A DNA stretch of 64,000 bases from NCBI GenBank assembly GCA_007695305.1, contig REEA01000108.1:1030-65029 (forward strand), in the 5' to 3' direction. Shown piece by piece: positions 38,094 to 47,188 of the stretch. Numbering within the stretch: position 1 is the first letter of the stretch; each line of letters starts with the position of its first letter. Position numbers and translations under genes: made by a program. The notes under the pieces were generated by a model. The model searched no databases and was not told the origin of the DNA. It saw only the letters and a list, made by a program, of their open reading frames with translations. Source of the stretch: Bacteroidia bacterium (GTDB lineage Bacteria; Bacteroidota; Bacteroidia; Bacteroidales; UBA7960).

Positions 38094-38760
38094 TGAGGCA
38101 GAATTTCAGATAATGGATGGGGAGACCTTTTGTCAGAAACATTTTTTCATAATAGGTTTGGATAGACTTAATGAAAGGTTCTTCGATGTGCTCGTCATTG
38201 TATAAATTGTCTGAACATTCCACGATATGGTGGTTTTCCGCTTTGATCACCTGCAGGGTGTAATTGAACAAACCCTTGTTGTCGGTCTTGAGGTGGATGG
38301 GACTTTTGGGAGCCAGTATCTGCCGGTATTTATTCAGGAACCATGGTGAGGTGAGTCGTTTTCTTTCGCGCACTTTCCTGGGTTGGGGGTCAGGAAAAGT
38401 AAGCCAGATACCGGAAACTTCTTCCTTATCGAAGAAAGCGACAAGATTTTGTGCCTGAATCCGCAGAAATGCGGCATTAAGGGAACCTTCATCAAGTGCA
38501 TCTTTGGCACCTTTCCAGATTCTGTCTCCTTTGATATCGATGCCGATAAAGTTTTTTTCCGGAAATGCTTTGGCCATACCGGTGGTATATTCACCTTTTC
38601 CACAACCAATCTCCAGCACAATGGGATTGTAGTTGTGAAAGAATGCCTCTTTCCATTTGCCCTTCAGTTCAAAATGTGTAAGGGTGTGATGGGCTTGTGG
38701 TTGAACTACGTTGGAAAAACTATTGATTTCCGCAAACTTTCTCAGCTTGTTTTTACCCAC
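38080..38760 (-). CDS. trmB: tRNA (guanine46-N7)-methyltransferase
   Basis: 226 aa. Motifs are LEIGCGKGEYT and FPDPQPRK. It overlaps the ATL gene start by 14 nt. Confidence 0.9.
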   Translation of the reverse strand: MGKNKLRKFAEINSFSNVVQPQAHHTLTHFELKGKWKEAFFHNYNPIVLEIGCGKGEYTTGMAKAFPEKNFIGIDIKGDRIWKGAKDALDEGSLNAAFLRIQAQNLVAFFDKEEVSGIWLTFPDPQPRKVRERKRLTSPWFLNKYRQILAPKSPIHLKTDNKGLFNYTLQVIKAENHHIVECSDNLYNDEHIEEPFIKSIQTYYEKMFLTKGLPIHYLKFCLNENP

Positions 38761-38798
38761 GGGTTGATATTCCGGTTTTGTTTATCCAATGTTTTTGG

Positions 38799-39806
38799 TT
38801 AACGGTGCAAAATCCATGCAACCTGCCTGAGATCATCGGGCAGGTTGGCTTTTTGCGCCTGCGCTTCTGCAAGGTCATAATAAAAGCCATAACATACCCG
38901 ATAATAGTTTGCTGGTGTTTTCATGAACACCTGTGCCTGGACGGCCCCATCATTGCGCAATCTTTCTGCCATTTCAGCGGCTTTGAATTCATTCCTGAAA
39001 CTGCCTACCACCAGGAAATATGTTTTTCTTCCGGGTTCCGGTTTTAGCGGTATGATTTCTTCTTCAACGGGTTCCGGTTCAATGCTTATTTCTTCTTCAT
39101 CAATCCATTCTTCATCAATCTCGTCATCCACCACTTCGTCTTCCTTTTCATCCGTTATTTCAACAACCGGACGATCGTGACTTCTGAACAAACGGCATTC
39201 TCCAAAGAAAAAGTTAAAATTCAGAAACAGGATAATCAGGATGATAATAAGAGGTATGATAAGGATGGCCAGCCACCAAAGAAATAGCGGCATACGTCTT
39301 CTTTTGGGTTTTTCGCTTTGGGGTTTGCTGGCCGGTGGGGGAGGCGGCACGGTAGTTGCTTCGAGGCGCTCAGTCCCTTCTTCTGCAACAGGTGGTGTGG
39401 CCGTTGGTACGGCAACAGCTTCCGAGCCTTCATCCAGATAGTTGATGTTTTCGTTAGCAGTGAAACGGATCATTCCTTCCACATCTTTACTAAGAATGCC
39501 CAGGTTCTCCAGTTCCACTTTTTTGCCTTGTTGCAGGGATTCATGAATATTGTTTACGATCTCCTGCAGGGTTTCGTTTACCTCCTGAATGCTTTTCCCT
39601 TCCTGATGAGCGATATATGCCGGCAGTGGTGAGTCTGCATCCTTTCCGGTTTCTGAAAAGTGGGCACGTTTGGCCGGCGATTCCACAATTTTTTTCTCCG
39701 GTATAAATCTGGCCGGCACATATTTGGTTGTAAATGAACCAAACCCCGGTAGCACAACCACTTCATGATGATAAAGCAGCTCGCTGATGTATTTGCCAAT
39801 TTTCAT
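38799..39806 (-). CDS. HU-like N-terminal domain / TM / C-terminal SPOR-domain protein
   Basis: 335 aa. It has an N-terminal HU/IHF-like fold, a Pro-rich linker and a TM helix (LFLWWLAILIIPLIIILIILF), then an acidic stretch. The C-terminal SPOR-like region reads YFLVVGSFRNEFKAAEMAERLR...YRVCYGFY. Confidence 0.7.
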   Translation of the reverse strand: MKIGKYISELLYHHEVVVLPGFGSFTTKYVPARFIPEKKIVESPAKRAHFSETGKDADSPLPAYIAHQEGKSIQEVNETLQEIVNNIHESLQQGKKVELENLGILSKDVEGMIRFTANENINYLDEGSEAVAVPTATPPVAEEGTERLEATTVPPPPPASKPQSEKPKRRRMPLFLWWLAILIIPLIIILIILFLNFNFFFGECRLFRSHDRPVVEITDEKEDEVVDDEIDEEWIDEEEISIEPEPVEEEIIPLKPEPGRKTYFLVVGSFRNEFKAAEMAERLRNDGAVQAQVFMKTPANYYRVCYGFYYDLAEAQAQKANLPDDLRQVAWILHR

Positions 39807-39832
39807 GAGTGAATATTTTGTCGAAGTGTGTT

Positions 39833-39863
39833 AAATGTCAAAATGTCAAAATGTCAAAATGTC
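39833..39863. repeat. perfect 8-bp tandem repeat (AAATGTCA) x3.9
   Basis: The sequence is aaatgtca aaatgtca aaatgtca aaatgtc, 27-57 nt upstream of the HU/SPOR gene ATG. The reverse complement contains TTGACA three times. Confidence 0.95.
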
Positions 39864-40148
39864 TTAGCAGATATACTTTATATACTGCTTCTCATATCTT
39901 TGTCAATAAGGCCTGATGTGGCGTAATTCATATCCGATTGATGGTTGCATCATGTTTTTTCAATGCCTTGGTTTCACTTGCAAGAACCAATCGCTAAGTT
40001 AAGAAAAAAGCGGGAAACTCACCTTAAGTCAAAAATCCTGCCGGTTGAGATTCGTTTTGCATGCAGAGCATTACATTTGATATTATAAATCAACGCCTTA
40101 CAGTTTAACGACTTTGTTTTTAAGGTTCACACAGCCGGTTTCCGTTAA

Positions 40149-40892
40149 TCATCCATCCAACCGCTTCAAATCCTCCGGGGTGTCAATGGCAATGCTTTCC
40201 TTTTCTGTTACTTCTACGAAAATATCAATATCTTGTTGCATCCAGCGCAATTGTTCCAGCTTTTCAGCAATTTCCAGCGAATCCGGTGGCATTTTTGCGA
40301 TCCTTTTTAATGTAGCTGCCTTGTAACCATACAAGCCCAAATGTTTGAAGTGAAGGCTCCGGGGTGGCTCATCATGGATTTGCATATTATCTCGCCTGTA
40401 AGGAATGGGCAGTCTGCTGAAATAAAGAGCCTTCCCTGATCGGGAAAAAACTACTTTCACCACATTGGGATCGTGAATTTCATGGGCAAGGGTAATTCGT
40501 TTTGCCAGGGTGACGATGTTTTTGCCGGTTTGCTGGAGCTTTCCAATCAGGAGGCTGATTTGATCCGGGTGAATAAATGGTTCATCACCCTGGATATTGA
40601 TGATGCCATCCGAATCGTTGTATGCATCATTATCATTGATGATTTCAAATGCTTCCAGGCACCTGTCAGTGCCACTTGCATGCTCGCCGGTCATCACGAC
40701 TTTACCAAACTCCGATACATGATCAAATATACGCTGATCGTCTGTTGCAACCACAACATCGTTAAGCAACAGGCATTTACAGGCCTGTTCATAAACCCTG
40801 CGGATCATTGTCTTCCCATGAACCATCACCAGGGGTTTGCCCGGAAACCTAACCGAGGCATAGCGTGCAGGGATAATACCGATAAAGCGCAT
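40149..40892 (-). CDS. kdsB: 3-deoxy-manno-octulosonate cytidylyltransferase
   Basis: 247 aa. Motifs are IIPARYASVRFPGKPL and NIQGDEP. Confidence 0.95.
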   Translation of the reverse strand: MRFIGIIPARYASVRFPGKPLVMVHGKTMIRRVYEQACKCLLLNDVVVATDDQRIFDHVSEFGKVVMTGEHASGTDRCLEAFEIINDNDAYNDSDGIINIQGDEPFIHPDQISLLIGKLQQTGKNIVTLAKRITLAHEIHDPNVVKVVFSRSGKALYFSRLPIPYRRDNMQIHDEPPRSLHFKHLGLYGYKAATLKRIAKMPPDSLEIAEKLEQLRWMQQDIDIFVEVTEKESIAIDTPEDLKRLDG

Positions 40893-41086
40893 GTTCAGGG
40901 TTTATTTTTGATATCTGACAGGCAGCCTGCATCAAACCATCGGATTTATTCCCAAAGGTTTTTCGGATACAAGCCGGCTGAATTTTTGTTTGGGAAAAAA
41001 TGTGGTATTGTGGAAACAAGCTGTCTTTTTTAATAACATGGACATTTTATTTCAGTTTGCGCCAGCGGCTGATTGTCAAACTGTTT

Positions 41087-41728
41087 TCAGAAAAGTCCAT
41101 GGATTTCCGCGTCGATTTTCATGACCACTTCACCAAAGTCTTTTTGCCGTTCACTGAATTTGATATTATCTACATTAATGATCAGCAGCTTGCCAAGGGT
41201 GTAGCCTTCTATCCATTCCTCATATCGCTCATTGAGTTTTTTCAGATAATCCAGCCGGATTGAATTTTCATATTCCCTGCCTCTTTTTTGTATCTGGCTT
41301 ACCAGTGTGGGTACGCTGGCACGCAGGTAAATCAACAGATCGGGTGGTTCGATGAAGGAGCTCATGAGCTCAAACAGGCTGGTGTAGTTATTAAAATCTC
41401 TTGAAGACATCAGGCCCATGGAATGCAGATTTGGGGCAAAAATGTGCGCATCTTCATAGATGGTTCGGTCCTGGATCACCTTTTTGTTTTTTTTGCGAAT
41501 CTCCACAACCTGGCGAAACCGGGAGTTCAGAAAATAAATCTGGAGATTGAAAGACCACCGCTGCATGTCTTCATAAAAATTATTCAGATAGGGGTTAGTG
41601 TCCACATCTTCATAATGTGCTTCCCAATTATAATGTTTGGATAACAATCCGGCCAGGGTGGTTTTCCCCGAGCCGATATTCCCGGCTATGGCAATATGCA
41701 TAATGTTTTGGCTTAGTTGTTCAAACAA
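41087..41728 (-). CDS. deoxynucleoside kinase
   Basis: 213 aa. It has the P-loop IAIAGNIGSGKTT, the dNK-family block QDRTIYED and the lid region LVSQIQKRGREYE. Confidence 0.85.
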   Translation of the reverse strand: MFEQLSQNIMHIAIAGNIGSGKTTLAGLLSKHYNWEAHYEDVDTNPYLNNFYEDMQRWSFNLQIYFLNSRFRQVVEIRKKNKKVIQDRTIYEDAHIFAPNLHSMGLMSSRDFNNYTSLFELMSSFIEPPDLLIYLRASVPTLVSQIQKRGREYENSIRLDYLKKLNERYEEWIEGYTLGKLLIINVDNIKFSERQKDFGEVVMKIDAEIHGLF

Positions 41729-41758
41729 AAATATGAATTCCTTCTGTACAGTACTGTT

Positions 41759-43291
41759 TTATTTTTTTAAGTATCCGAGTATATCGTCCACGTATTTACG
41801 GTTATTATAGAGTCGTGGTACTTTGTTTTGACCACCGATTTTACCTCTCGACTTCATCCACTGAAAAAATGTTCCTTTGGGCACGCAGGTTAATTTTGGT
41901 TTTTTCAGCAGCAGGTCGTGGCTGCGTTTTGCTTCGTAATCAGAATTGAGCATCTGGATCTGCTTATCGAGGACATGGATAAAGCGGTTGATGTCGTTGG
42001 GTTCTATCTCAAATTCAATGATGTATTGGTGCGCTGCTGACTGCTGATCATTGAGGTAAATGGGTGCAGCGGTATATTCGCTGATCACCGCTCCGGTTTC
42101 GCGGCTTGCCTCCTGGAGAGCTGTATCAGTATTGTCAACAATCACTTCCTCGCCAAAGGCATTGATAAAATTTTTGGTACGGCCGGAAATGCGTATCCGG
42201 TAAGGCTTTACACCGGTAAAGCGTACGGTGTCTCCGATCATGTAACGCCACAATCCTGCATTGGTAGTGATAACCATGGCATAATTGGTGTCGGTGTCAA
42301 CATCTGAAAGCGGTATGGCTTTTTGTCCCGGTTGCCCGTAAGCATCCATGGGAATAAACTCATAGAAAATTCCGTAATCAAGCATGAGCAGCATGTCGTT
42401 CGCATCCGGGCGGTCCTGGATGCCAAAGAAGCCCTCTGAGGCATTGTAGGTTTCAAGATAGTGCATATCCGGACTTGGAATTAATTTTTCAAATTGTTCG
42501 CGATATGGACCGAAGCTGACACCTCCGTGTATGAAAAGTTCCAGGTTAGGCCAAACTTCCAGAATATTGTTGCGTCCGGTAACCTCAAGGATTCGTTTGA
42601 GTAAAATGAGGTTCCATGATGGTACACCACTTATATTGGTCACGTTTTGATTGTAGGATGCGTGCGCTACTCTGTCAAGTTTCTCTTCCCAATCGTCAAG
42701 CAATGCCAGCGACAGATCAGGTATCCGAAATAAGTCAGCCAATAAAGGGGCATTTTGAAGTAAAACAGCCGAAAGGTCTCCAAAAAATGCCCGGCTGTTA
42801 AATTCGCTAACCTTATGACTTCCGCCCATGATCAAACCTTTGCCGTCGAAAATCCTGGTATGGGAATTGTTGTTGCAGTAAATGGTAAGCACGTCCTTAC
42901 CTGCTTTGTAATGACAGTTTGTGAGTGATTCGCGACTGATGGGTATAAACTTGCTCCTGTCGCTTGTTGTTCCTGATGATTTGGCAAACCATTGTATCTC
43001 GCTTGGCCATAAAACTTGTTGTTCCCCTTTAAGCAGGCGGTCGATGGAGGGTTTTATCTCATCATAATCCTGCAAAGGAACCCGTTCCGCGTAGGTATCA
43101 TAAGAGTCAATGTCTTTAAATGCATACTTTTTCCCCCATTCTGTATTTCCGGCGGCATCAATCAGTTGATTGAACGTATGGTTCTGTACTTCCTCAGGAT
43201 GTTCCATAAAGTGCTCTATCTGGGGAAGCCTGTTTCGGAAGTATCGGGAAATTAATTTATTTACAAAAGACATTGTGGCTTTTTTGAGCAA
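41759..43291 (-). CDS. GH3 ('auxin-responsive promoter') family acyl-acid amido synthetase-like protein
   Basis: 510 aa. The N-terminal block RYFRNRLPQIEHFMEHPEEVQ..FNQLI and the motif SSGTTS are typical of the bacterial GH3 family. An alternative start lies at Met7 (43273). Confidence 0.8.
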   Translation of the reverse strand: MLKKATMSFVNKLISRYFRNRLPQIEHFMEHPEEVQNHTFNQLIDAAGNTEWGKKYAFKDIDSYDTYAERVPLQDYDEIKPSIDRLLKGEQQVLWPSEIQWFAKSSGTTSDRSKFIPISRESLTNCHYKAGKDVLTIYCNNNSHTRIFDGKGLIMGGSHKVSEFNSRAFFGDLSAVLLQNAPLLADLFRIPDLSLALLDDWEEKLDRVAHASYNQNVTNISGVPSWNLILLKRILEVTGRNNILEVWPNLELFIHGGVSFGPYREQFEKLIPSPDMHYLETYNASEGFFGIQDRPDANDMLLMLDYGIFYEFIPMDAYGQPGQKAIPLSDVDTDTNYAMVITTNAGLWRYMIGDTVRFTGVKPYRIRISGRTKNFINAFGEEVIVDNTDTALQEASRETGAVISEYTAAPIYLNDQQSAAHQYIIEFEIEPNDINRFIHVLDKQIQMLNSDYEAKRSHDLLLKKPKLTCVPKGTFFQWMKSRGKIGGQNKVPRLYNNRKYVDDILGYLKK

Positions 43292-43447
43292 AATTCAGGC
43301 AAATTTAATGATTTTGACACATTGCAATACATGTTTTTTTCGTTCCCCTTGAAGCAATACCTTTTCAACAAGATAAAGATCTGGCTGAAAAGTTTTAATT
43401 TTGGGAAATTAATGGTTACCTATCGAACACCATAAAGATAATATTAT

Positions 43448-44980
43448 TTGGGACTTCTAAAAGAAATAACCGGCCTCAAAATCTATTCCAGGAAGCAGCA
43501 GTGGAAACTCTACCTGCTTGGTTTTGCAGCAATCATTGTGCTGGCATCCCTGTATTACACCGATATCATGGTACGCAAAATTTCACGGGATGAAAGGCAG
43601 CGAGTGGAATTATGGGCCGACGCCATCAGAAAAAGAGAAATGCTGTTATTGGATAGTGAACGCTTGTTTTCTGCCATCCAGAATGAAGAGGCCAAACGAA
43701 GAGATCTTTTAAAACAGGTTTATGGCCGGATAAACCGGGATGAACTTGACAGGGACGCGCTCACTTTTTATGCAAATATTCTGCAGAGCAATACCACCAT
43801 TCCGCTTGTCTTAACGGATGAGGAGGGCAATATTGAGTCAACGAGCAACCTGGATGAGCGATATAGGGATTATGGCAGACTCACCGGTGAACTGGCCGAA
43901 AAGTTTTCGGAATATCCGCCGCTGACTTTTTCCATTTTTGACGGGGGTGTGAGGTTTATCTATTACCAGGATTCGCGAGTGTACACAGAACTGCGTGAGG
44001 TGATGGATGACCTGATAGACACTTTTATCTCCGACCTTGTTATTAATTCAGCCAACGTGCCTGTAATTGTTGTTGACAGCAGGCATACCGAACTGATTGC
44101 CCATGGCAACATCCAGGGTGTTGATTTTGAAGATGAAAGACAGGTGCGGGAATTGATACGCTCCATGTCAGGAAAAAACCGTTATGTGTCAGTTAGTTTG
44201 CCCACCTATGGTCAATGTTACGTATATTATACCAACTCATTTCTGCTGACACAGCTGAGGTATTATCCACTGGCTCAGTTTCTGGCCATCGGGATATTTT
44301 TGTTCGTGTCGTATTTGCTTTTCAGTATGGCGCGCAACGCGGAGCAAAACCAGGTATGGGTGGGCATGTCGAAAGAAACGGCCCATCAACTGGGCACACC
44401 TTTGTCGTCTCTCATGGCCTGGCTGGAAATATTGAAGATGAAAGGGCTGGATGAGGAAACCATCCTGGAGATCACCAAGGATATTAAGCGACTGGAAAAT
44501 ATTACCGAACGTTTTTCAAAGATTGGAGCGCCACCTCAACTTTTGGAAATGAATATCACCGCATCGGTAAACGAAGTTGTGGAGTACATGAAAAAACGTA
44601 CATCCCGGAAGGTTTCTTTTAAGGTAGCATCCGAAAAAGATGAGATCATCGTTCCCCACAACCCTCATCTGTTTGGTTGGGTTATTGAAAATCTCATTAA
44701 AAATGCAATTGATGCTATGCAGGGTTCCGGAAGTATCTACATCACCATTGAAAACCAGGGTCCAAATGCTGTTATTGATATCTCTGATGATGGCAAAGGC
44801 ATTCACCCGTCAAAGCACAAGCGGGTTTTCAGTCCGGGCTACACGAGCAAAAAGGCAGGCTGGGGTCTGGGGCTGTCGCTGAGCAAACGTATTGTGGAAA
44901 CCTATCATGGAGGCCGCTTGTTCGTAAAGCATTCAGCTCCCAACAATGGTACAACTTTTCGAATCATCCTGAAAAAATAA
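43448..44980 (+). CDS. sensor histidine kinase (two TM helices, ~250-aa extracytoplasmic domain, HisKA + HATPase_c)
   Basis: 510 aa starting at TTG. The H-box is ETAHQLGTPLSSLMAW, the N-box ENLIKNAIDA, the G1 box DDGKGI and the G2 box GWGLGLS. No response regulator gene is adjacent. Confidence 0.85.
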   Translation: MGLLKEITGLKIYSRKQQWKLYLLGFAAIIVLASLYYTDIMVRKISRDERQRVELWADAIRKREMLLLDSERLFSAIQNEEAKRRDLLKQVYGRINRDELDRDALTFYANILQSNTTIPLVLTDEEGNIESTSNLDERYRDYGRLTGELAEKFSEYPPLTFSIFDGGVRFIYYQDSRVYTELREVMDDLIDTFISDLVINSANVPVIVVDSRHTELIAHGNIQGVDFEDERQVRELIRSMSGKNRYVSVSLPTYGQCYVYYTNSFLLTQLRYYPLAQFLAIGIFLFVSYLLFSMARNAEQNQVWVGMSKETAHQLGTPLSSLMAWLEILKMKGLDEETILEITKDIKRLENITERFSKIGAPPQLLEMNITASVNEVVEYMKKRTSRKVSFKVASEKDEIIVPHNPHLFGWVIENLIKNAIDAMQGSGSIYITIENQGPNAVIDISDDGKGIHPSKHKRVFSPGYTSKKAGWGLGLSLSKRIVETYHGGRLFVKHSAPNNGTTFRIILKK

Positions 44981-44987
44981 TCATACA

Positions 44988-45701
44988 ATGACGCGCAACA
45001 TCTCTTTCACCATTTTGGCCTTTTGTTTTGCTTTTATGCTGGCAGGTTTTTCCCGGATGGGAGTGGACAGGATCATGCTCAGTATGGAAAGCAGTACCCT
45101 TCAGCAGGGGAAAGCAGCAACAGTGAAGGCCGAGCTTTTTTATCAATCCCTCAATGGACGGTTGGTAACCAAATTCGTACAACCGCTTGAACAAATCATG
45201 GTTACCAACAGGCAGGGAGAGCTTAGTATTTATAGTTTTGATGACCATACGGTTTACCGCAGGCAAAGCATGGAATACAGCTCAGAGAACAACCTGATAT
45301 ACTTTTTCCTCAACGGGAAAACACAGGATATGGGCTTACGTGATATGGGGTTTACCCAGATAAGTACTGAATTCAGCGAGAGCTTGATGATCACCAAGTG
45401 GATGCCCCCCGCAGCATTGGGTCATTTGTTTTCTCATATCGAACTGGTGCATGAAGATTATATGCCCATCTATGCAGGGTATTATGATGCCGGCCAGAAA
45501 CTGGTTAAAAAGGTTTATTATTCCGATTATGAGATTTTTCCGGATATCATTTTACCCATGACCATTACCGAATTCAATTATTTGCCCGATGGTGATTCAA
45601 TCATCAGCAGGGTGCGTTTTTCCGATATTCATATGAACAGGCAGGCAGTATCTGCATGGTTTGACTTTGAAATTCCTGATGATGCAAAGATTATTGATTA
45701 A
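44988..45701 (+). CDS. hypothetical exported protein, LolA/outer-membrane-lipoprotein-carrier-like by composition
   Basis: 237 aa with an N-terminal signal/TM (ISFTILAFCFAFMLAGF) and a beta-rich body. It starts 8 nt after the kinase stop. The fold assignment is a guess. Confidence 0.4.
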   Translation: MTRNISFTILAFCFAFMLAGFSRMGVDRIMLSMESSTLQQGKAATVKAELFYQSLNGRLVTKFVQPLEQIMVTNRQGELSIYSFDDHTVYRRQSMEYSSENNLIYFFLNGKTQDMGLRDMGFTQISTEFSESLMITKWMPPAALGHLFSHIELVHEDYMPIYAGYYDAGQKLVKKVYYSDYEIFPDIILPMTITEFNYLPDGDSIISRVRFSDIHMNRQAVSAWFDFEIPDDAKIID

Positions 45702-46161
45702 AAGTTTTATATTTTCGGGGTTGATCATGTTTTGCATAAGTCCGTCAACCTTTGCAGATGGTGATCATATTTCTGATCGGGATCTTCAGTTGTTGAGGCA
45801 CCATGCGGATCATGGGGAAGGGGGACATGAACATCCTTCGTCCGGCACCGGTTTTTTAAGGCCACAGGGCGATAACGCGCTTTCAAGGTTCAACCCCGTT
45901 ACCTTGTCGCTGGGAGGGCTGATGTTTGTTTATCAGCGATGGATATCGCCTCAACTGCCTTCGGAATGCCTTTATCACACGTCATGTTCTGCTTTTAGTA
46001 AAAACCTGATTGTTGAATATGGGTTGATCAAAGGTATCATTGCCACATCAGATCGTTTGATGCGTTGCAACAGGGTGGCTGCGCTGGATGTACATCCCAT
46101 GCATATCCATCCCTTGTCGGGCAGGGTAGATGAAGATACCGGAATATACAGACGTCCCTGA
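45679..46161 (+). CDS. YidD-family (PF01809-like) protein with a ~70-aa N-terminal signal plus His/Asp-rich extension
   Basis: The C-terminal half aligns with E. coli YidD as recalled from memory: VYQRWISPQLPSECLYHTSCSAF...YGLIKG...RLMRCN against [23 protein letters not shown]...FGVIKG...RVLKCH. The N-terminus has a signal-like segment and then HHADHGEGGHEH. Confidence 0.7.
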   Translation: MMQRLLIKSFIFSGLIMFCISPSTFADGDHISDRDLQLLRHHADHGEGGHEHPSSGTGFLRPQGDNALSRFNPVTLSLGGLMFVYQRWISPQLPSECLYHTSCSAFSKNLIVEYGLIKGIIATSDRLMRCNRVAALDVHPMHIHPLSGRVDEDTGIYRRP

Positions 46162-46231
46162 TGCGGATGCAAACGAACAAATATTTATCAAAAATCTACT
46201 GATGGTTACCCATAGCCCGCAATACTGCCGA

Positions 46232-47188
46232 ATGCAGCTAACAGCTAAGAATGTTGTCATCCTATGTGTTATTTTCCTGCTTTTCGGGTTCAGTAACTTT
46301 CGCGGAAATGCTGCAGGGTCGACATCTTCATGCATTTTTGATACAGTGTGGCATAAAAAAGAATGGCAGCTTTTTAATGATGCAGACGACCAAAAAATGC
46401 GAAAAGAGATTGATTTCATCTTATATATGATGGGGCGTGGTGATCTGCAGGAGAGCTTGTTTTTGATCAGATCCATCAGGGAGCCGGGCATTGAGTGGCA
46501 GGACTCTTTGCATTTCCTTACCGGCTGGGTGCATTATCTGAGAAAAGACCTTCAAGCCTCTGCCGGATATTTGCTGCGGGTGTCGCCCGAAAGTCCCGTT
46601 TACCACAAATCCGCCTTTTTTGGGGCATATAACCTGGCCCACACGGGTAATACCTCGGGGGCTGCTGCTGTATTGTCATCAGTAGAGGCAGAGTTTGGTA
46701 CCATGCCTTATGCCATGCGACACCTTCAGATGTCAGGTGTTGCTTTACTTGATCGTAATTTTGAACTTTTTGCCCAACATTCAGGAGGTTTCTCAGGCCA
46801 TTATCATGTGATGGCAGCCGAGGAGCGTCGGATGTTGCAGCACTATGAGAGGTTACGAAACATACCCGGCAAATCACCCTTTGTTGGCGGTATGCTCTCA
46901 GCTGCTATCCCCGGTTTGGGTAAAATATATGCCGGCAAAACAGGTGAAGGAATTGTCGGATTTTTATATGTGGCAGCCCTGGGGCTTACCAGTTATGATT
47001 TTTACCGTGGGTCAGGAGCCGGTCATCCCTTATTTATCCTGTCGGCAACTGTAACCGGCATATTTTACTTTGGTAATATTATGGGCAGTGCTGCTGCCGT
47101 CAGACGGTCCAATAACGAATTGAAACATGAAATGGATCAACGGATTTTATTTGACATGCATATTCCTTTGCGCAACGCTTTCAACTAG
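46232..47188 (+). CDS. TPR-like repeat protein with a C-terminal two-TM module (IPGLGKIYAG motif)
   Basis: The ORF track starts at 46130. ATG 46232 (MQLTAKNVVILCVIFLLFGF) gives a signal-like N-terminus. The C-terminus is paralogous to the next ORF. Confidence 0.6.
   Translation: MQLTAKNVVILCVIFLLFGFSNFRGNAAGSTSSCIFDTVWHKKEWQLFNDADDQKMRKEIDFILYMMGRGDLQESLFLIRSIREPGIEWQDSLHFLTGWVHYLRKDLQASAGYLLRVSPESPVYHKSAFFGAYNLAHTGNTSGAAAVLSSVEAEFGTMPYAMRHLQMSGVALLDRNFELFAQHSGGFSGHYHVMAAEERRMLQHYERLRNIPGKSPFVGGMLSAAIPGLGKIYAGKTGEGIVGFLYVAALGLTSYDFYRGSGAGHPLFILSATVTGIFYFGNIMGSAAAVRRSNNELKHEMDQRILFDMHIPLRNAFN

Noticed and set aside
39833-39863. The octamer arrays as a CRISPR array or minisatellite-encoded peptide.
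   Set aside because: The units are directly tandem with no spacers and are only 8 bp long. No cas genes are present. The overlapping ORFs (for example 54283-54507) are artefacts of the repeat.
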